Shown here: in pieces, positions 47,669 to 56,652 of the stretch | Numbering within the stretch: the stretch's first letter is position 1 | Layout: each line of letters starts with the position of its first letter | IMG/VR virus record: IMGVR_UViG_3300032330_000989 | Span: 1,410-65,409 of that record | DNA: 64,000 nucleotides | Origin: a virus | Taxonomy: Duplodnaviria; Caudoviricetes | Reading direction: 5' to 3' (one strand) | Program-made: the position numbers and the translations under genes | Notes under the pieces: model-generated | The model's database searches: none | What the model was told of the DNA's origin: nothing | What the model saw: only the letters and a program-made list of their open reading frames with translations

Positions 47669-48355
47669 TTAACAAGATAGCGGATGTCTAGTATCCATTG
47701 GATGAGGATGATGAGGAAAATTCCAAGTTCCAGAATAGTTTCCGTTAGCAGGGAATCTAAAAGCATTAAAGAATTCCCTATATGGGATCATAGTATCAAC
47801 TATTCTTGCGGGATATATATCCTGAAAAGAACCGTCTTTTAGGAAAACTGCAACAAAATCAGAACATTCGGCTAATGCTGTTGGAGCTGATATGTAGCTT
47901 TCTAAAACCATAACTGGAATTTTATTTCTCTTACCCCAAGTCTCTAGTGCTTTACCCGAATCTGGATAGAATCTCCAGCAGTCAACCGGAAACTGATGAT
48001 AGCACATCCAACTACTAGGAACATTGAGATATAATAATCCGTTTGGTTTCAATATCCTCATACCTTCGAGGAAAGTCAACCAAAACATTTCCGAATGCTC
48101 AAAACAAGATGTTGTTAGTAGCACATCAAATGTATTATCCTCAAAAGGAAATTCATAGGGATCTGTTAATATAACATCAACCCCAGGACCTGGATTGAAG
48201 TCAACTCCGACGTATTCTTTTACGTCTTTGAAGAAAGTTTTAACCGATCCATTTACATCATAGGATCCAATTTCAACTACTTTTAGATCTTGTGGGTTTG
48301 AAGAACAATATGTGTTATAAAATTTTTCAGCGTGTATGAGGGCGTTCTTATGCAT
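47669..48355 (-). CDS. class I SAM-dependent methyltransferase
   Basis: VVEIGSYDVNG, YVGVD..PGPGVD, FEH, DCWRFYPD. Confidence 0.9.
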   Translation of the reverse strand: MHKNALIHAEKFYNTYCSSNPQDLKVVEIGSYDVNGSVKTFFKDVKEYVGVDFNPGPGVDVILTDPYEFPFEDNTFDVLLTTSCFEHSEMFWLTFLEGMRILKPNGLLYLNVPSSWMCYHQFPVDCWRFYPDSGKALETWGKRNKIPVMVLESYISAPTALAECSDFVAVFLKDGSFQDIYPARIVDTMIPYREFFNAFRFPANGNYSGTWNFPHHPHPMDTRHPLSC

Positions 48356-48395
48356 AAAATTACTTATCTATAAGATAAGTGCTAGATAAAATAAT

Positions 48396-48470
48396 GCTAC
48401 CTTAGTGTAATGGTGAGCACCCGAGGTTGTGGTTCTCGGAGTTCAGGTTCAAATCCTGGAGGTAGTACCA
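48396..48470 (+). tRNA. tRNA-His(GUG) lacking G-1, with A73
   Basis: loop TTGTGGT; preceded by T; AGGTAGT-A-CCA. Confidence 0.9.
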
Positions 48471-48486
48471 GCAGATAAATAATAAG

Positions 48487-49527
48487 ATGGCAAATAGTTA
48501 TTGTAAAAAACTAAGCAACTCTTATAGAATTGCTGAAAAGGACGGATCTTTAGGTTATCAACCATGTTGTTGGATTAGACCTAGACCCATTCCGAATAAA
48601 AAAGATATAGAGTTGATAAGAACGAATTACATAAAAGACATTGAAAACGATAAAGAAAAATATTGTTATGAATGTATTAATAGAGAAAAATATGGATATC
48701 AGGAAAGTACTAGACAATTTTCAAATAGAATCATACCAAACAATGCTGTAGATGGTGATGCATATGAATTAGAATTACAATTGAACAGCACTTGTAATGC
48801 TGCTTGTATTATATGTGGACCTTGGTTAAGTAGCCTTTGGCGTAAACAGCTTGGAATTAATGAAATTGAAAACAACTTTGATTATAAAGATGCATTATCA
48901 TTGATTAATCTAGAAAATCTAAAAACTATGAAATTTTTAGGCGGAGAACCGTTATTAGGAGATACACATTTTAATGTATTAAAAATGATACCTCATCCTG
49001 AGAAAGTTGAAATTAGATATGCTACTAATGGTAGTATATTTCCTGACGAAGAAGTATTTGAAGTTTGGAGTAGATTTAAAAATATTAAAATTTTTTTTAG
49101 TATTGATGGAACAGATAAAGTTTTTGAATATATTAGATGGCCATTGGGATGGAACAAAGTTGAAAAAAACATAATCAAAATGTTAGATAAAAATGTAAAT
49201 ATTGGTATCAATTGTACTATAAACCCATTAAATGCTTTTTATTTTGATAATTTAGAAGAATGGGGTAAAAAATATAATATAAAAATTTCAACAAGTTCTT
49301 GTCATGGAAAATTTGGTATTAACAGATTACCTTTATCATTAAAATTAATATTAATTGAAAAATACGGAGCAGATCATAATATCATAAAAATAATAGAGGC
49401 TACTCCGGAAGACACAAATCAAAGCAAACAATTAATTAATGATCTAGAGAAAAATGATTCAGCACGAAATATATCGTGGAAAGAAGCATTTCCGGATATT
49501 GTAGATTACATAACACATAAATCTTGA
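48487..49527 (+). CDS. radical SAM protein with N-terminal twitch-like domain
   Basis: YQPCC, CYEC, CNAACIIC, GGEPL. Confidence 0.88.
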   Translation: MANSYCKKLSNSYRIAEKDGSLGYQPCCWIRPRPIPNKKDIELIRTNYIKDIENDKEKYCYECINREKYGYQESTRQFSNRIIPNNAVDGDAYELELQLNSTCNAACIICGPWLSSLWRKQLGINEIENNFDYKDALSLINLENLKTMKFLGGEPLLGDTHFNVLKMIPHPEKVEIRYATNGSIFPDEEVFEVWSRFKNIKIFFSIDGTDKVFEYIRWPLGWNKVEKNIIKMLDKNVNIGINCTINPLNAFYFDNLEEWGKKYNIKISTSSCHGKFGINRLPLSLKLILIEKYGADHNIIKIIEATPEDTNQSKQLINDLEKNDSARNISWKEAFPDIVDYITHKS

Positions 49528-49559
49528 CATCTAGCTATAAGATGTTATTATTAGAACAT

Positions 49560-49644
49560 GGGGGAATGTCCCGAGCGGCAAAGGGGGGAGACTGTAAATC
49601 TTCTGTCTTAGACTTCGTAGGTTCGAGTCCTACTTCCCCCACCA
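49560..49644 (+). tRNA. tRNA-Tyr(GUA)
   Basis: loop CTGTAAA, long variable arm, CCA. Confidence 0.95.
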
Positions 49645-49802
49645 TATTTAGGTCCATGCGATCGTTAATGCGGCTTTCGCTTAATAGTCCGTAGCTCACA
49701 TAGTGGGTGAAAAGTTGCTGGGAAACCCGATAAATGCCTCCGCAGGCTGTGCAACGAATTGAGGCTAGGATCTAATTTTTATAAGTAGAAAAAGGAAATA
49801 AA

Positions 49803-50360
49803 ATGTACGATTTTAATGAAGCTTATTTGAAAGCATGTAATGGTGACTTAGGAAAAGATATCCATGAACATCTACCAACACTAGCTAGATTAGCTAAAGA
49901 CTGTAAACATGTAACCGAACTGGGTGTTTGGCATGGAACAAGCAGCCATGCTTGGCTTATTAATGATGTTGAACTTGTATCATATGATATTGCCTATTCT
50001 TATATAGCAGCTCACTTATTTTCTAATGCAATGATTTCAAATAAGAAAGCACAGTATGTAGTAGAGGATGTTCTCCAATTGGATACTATAGCAGAAACAG
50101 ATCTGTTATTCATCGATACTCTGCATAATTACGAGCAATGTAGTGAAGAGCTTAATAAATTTGCCAATAAGGTAAGAAAGTATATAGTATTCCACGATAC
50201 TGTAACTTATGGAAAAGTTGGTGAAACATCTCCATACGGATTATTAATTGCCGTAGCAGAATTCCTATTAGAAAATTCCGAATGGACAGTTAAAGAACAC
50301 TACAAGAATAATAACGGGTTAACAGTACTAGAAAGAAAGATCCCATCGATTATCGGTTAA
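49803..50360 (+). CDS. SAM-dependent methyltransferase (Methyltransf_24-like)
   Basis: VTELGV..G.S, DLLFIDTLH.Y, YIVFHDT. Confidence 0.85.
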   Translation: MYDFNEAYLKACNGDLGKDIHEHLPTLARLAKDCKHVTELGVWHGTSSHAWLINDVELVSYDIAYSYIAAHLFSNAMISNKKAQYVVEDVLQLDTIAETDLLFIDTLHNYEQCSEELNKFANKVRKYIVFHDTVTYGKVGETSPYGLLIAVAEFLLENSEWTVKEHYKNNNGLTVLERKIPSIIG

Positions 50361-50413
50361 GTCACCTGCCTGTCACGCAGGAGTGAGGGGTTCGACTCCC
50401 CTTGGGATCGCCA
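50339..50413 (+). tRNA. tRNA-Asp(GUC), overlapping the 3' end of the upstream CDS
   Basis: CCTGC-CTGTCAC-GCAGG, G73, CCA. Confidence 0.93.
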
Positions 50414-50459
50414 TTATTTTTTTTTAACTGAGTCAAATCTATATATAAATATTCTAAAA

Positions 50460-50549
50460 GGAAGTGTGGCCGAGTCCGGCTTAAGGCGTCAGTCTTGAAA
50501 ACTGAAGAACCGCAAGGTTCCGTGGGTTCGAATCCTACCGCTTCCGCCA
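50460..50549 (+). tRNA. tRNA-Ser(UGA)
   Basis: loop CTTGAAA, long variable arm, CCA. Confidence 0.95.
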
Positions 50550-50583
50550 TTATTAAAGTAAATAACAATATTGGAGAAATAAA

Positions 50584-50880
50584 ATGATTAAAATTACAAC
50601 AATTGAAATATTACCAAGTATTGATGTTGAACCATTTTCAGCAGTACCAGAACATACAGAAGATGTAGAAAAATATAAAAGAGATGGAGTATTAACTAGG
50701 ACTTTTACTAAGGAAAATGACGGGCTTAAAAGAATAAGTGTATCATTATGGACTTCAGCTGAAGCGTTAGCAGAATACGAACAACTCCCTTCAACAATTA
50801 AAGTTCAAAGTGATAGAATAGAATATAATAAAGATCATGGTATACAAAGAACTGTCACTAGGGAAATAATACCAGATTAA
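50584..50880 (+). CDS. hypothetical protein
   Basis: GGAG RBS. Confidence 0.7.
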   Translation: MIKITTIEILPSIDVEPFSAVPEHTEDVEKYKRDGVLTRTFTKENDGLKRISVSLWTSAEALAEYEQLPSTIKVQSDRIEYNKDHGIQRTVTREIIPD

Positions 50881-51009
50881 AATTGAAAGATTTTTATATA
50901 ACAATATCCTTATCCGTAATTGTTTGGTTATTGTTGGGGTTATACCTATGGTATCGATGTGGTCCTAACATTTATATAGATCAATTAATCGCTAACATAA
51001 TATGTTAAT

Positions 51010-51086
51010 GCCTCCGTAGCTCAACTGGATAGAGTGGCGGTCTTCGAAACCGTAGGTCGGGAGTTCGAATCTCTCCGGGGGCGCCA
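51010..51086 (+). tRNA. tRNA-Arg(UCG)
   Basis: loop CTTCGAA, A20 in D loop, CCA. Confidence 0.93.
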
Positions 51087-51110
51087 TTTAAACAAGTAAA
51101 TATTAATAAT

Positions 51111-51188
51111 GCCCTCCTAGCCCAACTGGTCAGAGGTACTTGCCTTAGAAGCAAGAGGTTCTCGGTTCGAATCCGAGGGAGGGCACCA
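51111..51188 (+). tRNA. tRNA-Leu(UAG) with short variable loop
   Basis: CTTGC-CTTAGAA-GCAAG, 5-nt variable loop, A73, CCA. Confidence 0.9.
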
Positions 51189-51410
51189 AATATATAAGGA
51201 ATCGTTCCGTTTTAAAATCTCCCAACCCGAAACATAGTTTAGGCTGACGTGATAGAGGAATGGTCGTATGCTAGAGTACGTGGCTCTAGCTAGGCTACCT
51301 GACAGCAATAGTAGCAGCTACGGACTTAGCTAAAGGGACTGAGAATTCCATGTCAAAGGTTGACAACATAGTAAAGATAGTATAGTATATAAAAGTAATG
51401 AGTTAAGTAT

Positions 51411-51487
51411 TCCGGGACGGGCACAAGGTGAGCCAGCAGACTGTTAATCTGTTCATCAGGTAGGTTCGATTCCTACTCCCGGAGCCA
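51411..51487 (+). tRNA. tRNA-Asn(GUU)
   Basis: loop CTGTTAA, G73, CCA. Confidence 0.93.
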
Positions 51488-51510
51488 CTCATAAACTTAC
51501 AGGATGTACA

Positions 51511-51717
51511 ATGACTAAAACAGTATCAAAGATTAGTGACAAGCTTAAAGTAGTAAACGAATCATTCACTGTTAATATGTATGACAATGGATATATGATT
51601 GAAGTTGGTGGTAAAGATTCCAAGGACGATTGGAAGACTGCTAAGATCACAGTTGCTGAACTAGACAGTCTAATTGCTCTCATTAAAGAAGTAGTTAGCA
51701 TGGAACGTGACAATTGA
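51511..51717 (+). CDS. hypothetical phage protein
   Basis: AGGA RBS; YDNGYMIEVGG motif. Confidence 0.7.
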   Translation: MTKTVSKISDKLKVVNESFTVNMYDNGYMIEVGGKDSKDDWKTAKITVAELDSLIALIKEVVSMERDN

Positions 51718-52157
51718 AATCGGAAAATGATATGAATCGATTTTTTACAGAAATGTATGCTAGACACCTAGGAAAGACTCTGTTCTTTATTGCTATTGGT
51801 GTTAGCAGCTCAGTTGGTATCCATTTCATAATCAAACAATTCTTGAACAATGATATGTATGCTACTATCGCAGCTATTGGTTGGGCAATAGTATTAGTCA
51901 CTATCTATAGTGATGGACTTGCCAATAGAGAATATCAATATAGGTTACTAACAGAAAGTTTTAACTTTCATCGAACACTTCGACCTGATAACCGAATTGG
52001 AGCTATTGTTCCTGTTGTTCCTGTTGTTCCTAAAGTTGAAGAATCGAAAATTCAGGAAATCGTAGAAGAAGAAAAATCAACTAAGCCTGAATTTAGCAAA
52101 ATCGAGATTGTCCACAGCATGGAGCCAATGTCGAAACCTAAAGAAGCCAAGGCATAA
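51714..52157 (+). CDS. membrane protein
   Basis: two TM segments. Confidence 0.6.
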   Translation: MKSENDMNRFFTEMYARHLGKTLFFIAIGVSSSVGIHFIIKQFLNNDMYATIAAIGWAIVLVTIYSDGLANREYQYRLLTESFNFHRTLRPDNRIGAIVPVVPVVPKVEESKIQEIVEEEKSTKPEFSKIEIVHSMEPMSKPKEAKA

Positions 52158-52318
52158 TGAGTAATATTGATCTAACAAATGCACATCTAACTTGGTGTCT
52201 AGACATACTAAATAGGATCAAAGTAATTATGGATTCTAAAGGATGGAGTGACGAACAGAAGTTAGTAACTATCAATTGGCTAGTTAAGCAAGCTCTTAAG
52301 GCAGAGCGCGAAGAATGA
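52157..52318 (+). CDS. 53-aa hypothetical protein (not in ORF track)
   Basis: TAATG-coupled start. Confidence 0.55.
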   Translation: MSNIDLTNAHLTWCLDILNRIKVIMDSKGWSDEQKLVTINWLVKQALKAEREE

Positions 52319-52322
52319 ACTT

Positions 52323-52536
52323 GAGCGGACCCACTAAATTAACCGCTTCCGTCTCTAGCGAAACAGTGGGATGGGCTGCTAGAGCAAGGTTTGACAGTAC
52401 CTCAAACTGTCGCTGTTCACCAGCCTAGCTGGTCAAAATGGGTAGGTAATGGTAGACCTGACCCGTGGGTAGATCTTGGCCCGAGTCTACAACCAACCAT
52501 ACCGAGGGAGCGATCCTATCGGGCCAGCTAATTAAA
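52323..52536 (+). ncRNA. putative structured ncRNA with two pseudoknots, family unknown
   Basis: multiple complementary blocks read by eye (see findings). Confidence 0.55.
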
Positions 52537-52578
52537 GTCTTGTTCTTAAGCGTATAAGAATGTAAAATATAAAAATGA

Positions 52579-52652
52579 TGAGAGATCGTCTAATGGTAGG
52601 ACGAAGGATTTTGATTCCTTTAATCTAGGTTCGACCCCTAGTCTCTCAGCCA
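52579..52652 (+). tRNA. tRNA-Gln(UUG)
   Basis: U1-A72, loop TTTTGAT, CCA. Confidence 0.93.
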
Positions 52653-52670
52653 TAACTTATGGAGATAAAA

Positions 52671-53255
52671 ATGGCAAAGGCAAAGTTAACAGGTCTTAAA
52701 AAAGGTATCCAACCTAGAACTAAAATTCCATTTAACCAGTCTAATGGAAATGTTGGAAAATGGGCTGAGGATCAATTAATTAAAAATGGATATAATGTGC
52801 AAAAAAATAGCACTCTTGATATACCAGATATTGGAGTCGAAGTTAAAACTCGTAAGCATGGGTCAAAATCTTGCCATAGTATGGGTGGGATGAGTATTGA
52901 AAGGATTATTAGCACTCCTTATGATCAATCAACAGTAAAGGAAAAAATATTATCTCAGTATAGAATGCATTATCATGATCAGTTCCAAGAAGTATCCGAC
53001 TCAGGAGTATATAACTTTGATGAAAAATATATACAAGAAAAAATGAGAGAAGCATACGAAGGTGCTAGAGAAATGATAATGAATGGGGATAGAAAGAATT
53101 GGATTAGGAAAGAAATTGAGCCAGGGAAAATGGCCTGGGGAGCATTTGAGAGAAATGGAAATTCCTATGTATTCCGTATTCCACCCAATCGGATGAATGA
53201 TATGGAATATATGTCAAAGAGCACATACAATAAAAATTTCGTGGAAATAGATTAA
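52671..53255 (+). CDS. putative PD-(D/E)XK restriction-endonuclease-like protein
   Basis: DIPDIGVEVKTR. Confidence 0.5.
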   Translation: MAKAKLTGLKKGIQPRTKIPFNQSNGNVGKWAEDQLIKNGYNVQKNSTLDIPDIGVEVKTRKHGSKSCHSMGGMSIERIISTPYDQSTVKEKILSQYRMHYHDQFQEVSDSGVYNFDEKYIQEKMREAYEGAREMIMNGDRKNWIRKEIEPGKMAWGAFERNGNSYVFRIPPNRMNDMEYMSKSTYNKNFVEID

Positions 53256-53272
53256 TAATAAATATTAATGAG

Positions 53273-53347
53273 GCGGATGTAGCTCAGTGGTAGAGCTTCT
53301 GCTTGCCAAGCAGAAGGTCGTGGGTTCGAACCCCATCGTCCGCTCCA
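53273..53347 (+). tRNA. tRNA-Gly(GCC)
   Basis: loop TTGCCAA, U73, CCA. Confidence 0.96.
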
Positions 53348-53410
53348 TTAAAAACAGTTGACAAACCTACTAGCTATGTTATTATTAGACTATAACGCAG
53401 AGGGATAACG

Positions 53411-54841
53411 ATGCCAACACTACATAAACATCAACAAGAAGCACTTGATAAAATCGTAAACGCAATCCAAAATGGTTCTGGATCAGCTGTAGGACGAATC
53501 GTTATCCCAACTGGCGGCGGCAAAACATTCATCGAAGCGGCGGCGCTTGACTATCAACGAGAACATAATGTCAAAACCAAGATACATCTAGTATTGGCTC
53601 CTCGTATCCTTCTTACTAATCAGTTAATTGGTGAGTTCCGTAAATATAGCGGATATACATATCGTGCAATGGCATTCCATAGTGGTAGTCACGAAACTGA
53701 CTGGGAAAAGGAAAAGGGTATTAAGTGGAAAGAAAAAGCTACTACACAGGTTTTTGAAATCCTAACCGCATATGACAATGCAGTTCAGTCTGGTCAAGAT
53801 CTAGTTGTGTTTAGTACATATCATAGTGCGTTTAAACTGATTGATATTAATTTTGATACCATGATTGCAGACGAAAGCCAATATTGTGTTGGTAAAGAAT
53901 TTAATGATGTAATTAAAAACATTAATTCTAGAGTTAAGTTGTTCTTTACTGCTACTGAGAAACATACAGCTAGTAGCAATGGGTGTGGCTTAAACAATAC
54001 TAAGGTATATGGAGAAAGACTCTATTATATTAGTCCAGCTGATCTAATCAAATTAGGGCTAATCCTGCCGCCGCGTCTGCATGTTATGTATTGTGAAAGT
54101 CGCAACGAAGAACACAGCATTGTATCGGAAGTTATTGAAACTACAAAAGCACAGATAGCCAACACAGATAAAGAACTTGGGTTTACTAAGATCTTGTTTG
54201 CTATGAAAGGTACCGACGACGTTAAGACGATTGAAGATAACATAGGAAAGATTAAAGAAGAATTTCCTGATCACGATATTTTTACTATTACTTCTAAAAA
54301 TGGATCCAGGATTAATAACGAAAAGGTAGATCGTGAACATGCATTTCTTCCGGAATTGACTAGATCGGAGAATTGTTTGATCTTCCATTATGATATCCTT
54401 AGCGAAGGGATCGATGTAGACGGGATTACTGGTGTATCAATTATGCGTAATATGGGATTGGCTAAATTGTTACAAACTATTGGCAGGGCTGTGCGTGTAT
54501 ATAAACCCGATCCGGGTGCCAAACGATGGGCGTTGATATCAGTAAGTGTTATTAACGACGATGAGGACATGAAAGAAAATGTTAAAGCCTACGTATCTGC
54601 TATTCGAAATGGTGGTTATGATATTTCTGCAGAAGACGTGATTGAAACTGGAGTACCAAGACATATGCCAGACGATGTTAACATTAACGATGCTTATGGT
54701 GAACTTAAGAATAACTTTGCTAACTTGTTTATTACTGAAATTTTCCATGAAGTTGAAGATGAAGAATTTGTTAATGAGCTTCAGCACCTTGACACTGATG
54801 AGGACAGATTCGAAATGTTGTTTAGCGAGGAACTAGTATGA
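53411..54841 (+). CDS. superfamily 2 helicase (restriction Res-like)
   Basis: PTGGGKT, ADESQ, FTATE, LSEGIDV, QTIGRAVR. Confidence 0.92.
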   Translation: MPTLHKHQQEALDKIVNAIQNGSGSAVGRIVIPTGGGKTFIEAAALDYQREHNVKTKIHLVLAPRILLTNQLIGEFRKYSGYTYRAMAFHSGSHETDWEKEKGIKWKEKATTQVFEILTAYDNAVQSGQDLVVFSTYHSAFKLIDINFDTMIADESQYCVGKEFNDVIKNINSRVKLFFTATEKHTASSNGCGLNNTKVYGERLYYISPADLIKLGLILPPRLHVMYCESRNEEHSIVSEVIETTKAQIANTDKELGFTKILFAMKGTDDVKTIEDNIGKIKEEFPDHDIFTITSKNGSRINNEKVDREHAFLPELTRSENCLIFHYDILSEGIDVDGITGVSIMRNMGLAKLLQTIGRAVRVYKPDPGAKRWALISVSVINDDEDMKENVKAYVSAIRNGGYDISAEDVIETGVPRHMPDDVNINDAYGELKNNFANLFITEIFHEVEDEEFVNELQHLDTDEDRFEMLFSEELV

Positions 54842-55410
54842 AACATCGATTTAGTGTAACATGTCCTGATCCAAAAAAACTACTTACTGGAGTGAATAAG
54901 TTAAGCGCATTTATGCGTAATGTAGAAAAGCTATCCGAAGATCCTGTGTGGAAATTAAGGAATTTTTCTCCCGATGATTACAAAGGTGATGCACTTGAAG
55001 CATTCGTGGAAGTGCTAATAACTTGTAGCCCAATCGACAAACGTATCAATATTATAGAATATCGCCCACATAGCGATAAACTTGATGGTAGAGATATGGG
55101 TATAGATGGATACGGATTTAGCCATAATGGTAATCAGCATACTGTACAGATTAAATATCGCTCAAATGTAAAGAAAGATCTTACAGCTAATGCAGATAAC
55201 ATTTCTAATTTCGTAGCTACATCTCGGACCAATCCAAAATACCACAATGCTGATCTAACTATTTTTACTACGGCTAAAGATCTCAATCAGCAAGTAAAAG
55301 AAAATATGTATCACAATAACGTCCGTGTTATTGGATATAAAGATCTAAAAACTCTCGTGGACCAAAACTTACCATTTTGGAATACATTCCGTACTGAAAT
55401 GGGTTGTTGA
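54838..55410 (+). CDS. Mrr-like restriction endonuclease domain protein
   Basis: DMGIDG...VQIKY. Confidence 0.7.
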   Translation: MKHRFSVTCPDPKKLLTGVNKLSAFMRNVEKLSEDPVWKLRNFSPDDYKGDALEAFVEVLITCSPIDKRINIIEYRPHSDKLDGRDMGIDGYGFSHNGNQHTVQIKYRSNVKKDLTANADNISNFVATSRTNPKYHNADLTIFTTAKDLNQQVKENMYHNNVRVIGYKDLKTLVDQNLPFWNTFRTEMGC

Positions 55411-55458
55411 CAACATCTATAACTATGTTATTATAAACTTGTAGCACAGAGAGATGAC

Positions 55459-56652
55459 ATGAATCAAGTTGACAAGATCTACATGGTTTTAAAGAAAAAG
55501 ATAATCTCTTTTGACGGTGGGCATGATATCTTTACACCACGTCCACTAATTGAAGAGATACTTTCTAAGATTAATCTAGATGGTGATATCTTGGTTATGT
55601 TTAATGTTGAATTTGTGGCTAGCTTAATATATACTTATAAAGTGGATCCTAAAAAAATCACTTTGTTTTCAGATCATGAAAACAAGAATACCTTCGCTAA
55701 AAAGATGGGTACTAACTACATTAACAAATTGGAGACAGATATGAAGTTTGATGTTGTAGTTGGAAATCCTCCATATCAAGAACATCGTGAACATGGAAAG
55801 AAAGTTACAGGAAATGGAGCATTATGGGTTAAATTTATTACCCAATCTCTAGATCTTGTAAAGAATGATGGATATGTATCTCTTATCACTCCAGATTCAT
55901 GGACTAGCCCTACATACGATCTAATGGGTTCTAGAGAATCAATCCTTAATGATTATTTTAAGAAATACAATCTAGAACATGTAGATTTTAACGTTAAAAA
56001 GCATTTTAAAAATGTTGGTATTGATCCCTGTTATTTTATTATTAAGAAATCAAATAATTATACTAAAACTTCTATTAATACTCCTAATGGGGAATTTGAT
56101 ATAAATCTAAAAAACATGTCTTTTATCCCAAAAGACCTAAATCCTCTATCATTGTCTATACATTCTAAGGTATTAAGCAATAGTGAAAATGCTAGACTAT
56201 TTAAGATGCGTTGGAAAAAGGTCGTTGGGTCAATTAATGTTCAAAATGACAAAGACGATGTTTTTAAATATCCGTTCATTGACGCTCATTCTTACAAACC
56301 AGTAAGGTGGGCAAGTTCATTAGACCCTGATGCTGCTAAAAGGAAGGTACTTGTTACGTATGTAGGAAAGTATCAATGTATTGTAGATGATAAGGGAGAA
56401 TTTGGAGCTAGACAAGCAGTTAGTGTGTTATTCCTAAAAGATAATGAAAAGGGAGAATATGCCAATAACTTTTTTAATTCTAAATTGATACATTTTATCA
56501 TGAACAGCAATCGATGGACACAATATATACTGTCACAGATCCTTAATTTTATTCCAGTAACTAACTTCACGGAAGACTGGGACGATAATAAGATCTACAA
56601 TCACTTTAATCTTACACAAGAAGAGATTGACTACATTGCTACACATAATTAA
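55459..56652 (+). CDS. N6-adenine DNA methyltransferase, Eco57I-like, motif IV half
   Basis: FDVVVGNPPY, LITPDSW; no clear motif I. Confidence 0.85.
   Translation: MNQVDKIYMVLKKKIISFDGGHDIFTPRPLIEEILSKINLDGDILVMFNVEFVASLIYTYKVDPKKITLFSDHENKNTFAKKMGTNYINKLETDMKFDVVVGNPPYQEHREHGKKVTGNGALWVKFITQSLDLVKNDGYVSLITPDSWTSPTYDLMGSRESILNDYFKKYNLEHVDFNVKKHFKNVGIDPCYFIIKKSNNYTKTSINTPNGEFDINLKNMSFIPKDLNPLSLSIHSKVLSNSENARLFKMRWKKVVGSINVQNDKDDVFKYPFIDAHSYKPVRWASSLDPDAAKRKVLVTYVGKYQCIVDDKGEFGARQAVSVLFLKDNEKGEYANNFFNSKLIHFIMNSNRWTQYILSQILNFIPVTNFTEDWDDNKIYNHFNLTQEEIDYIATHN

Noticed and set aside
49645-49774. Theta (HDV-like) ribozyme
   Set aside because: I could not build the nested P1/P1.1/P2/P3 topology starting at the tRNA 3' end by eye; kept only as an unassigned RNA.
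52323-52536. RNase P RNA or group I intron
   Set aside because: No GAGGAAAGUCC/P4 signature and no recognisable P7 R/S elements.
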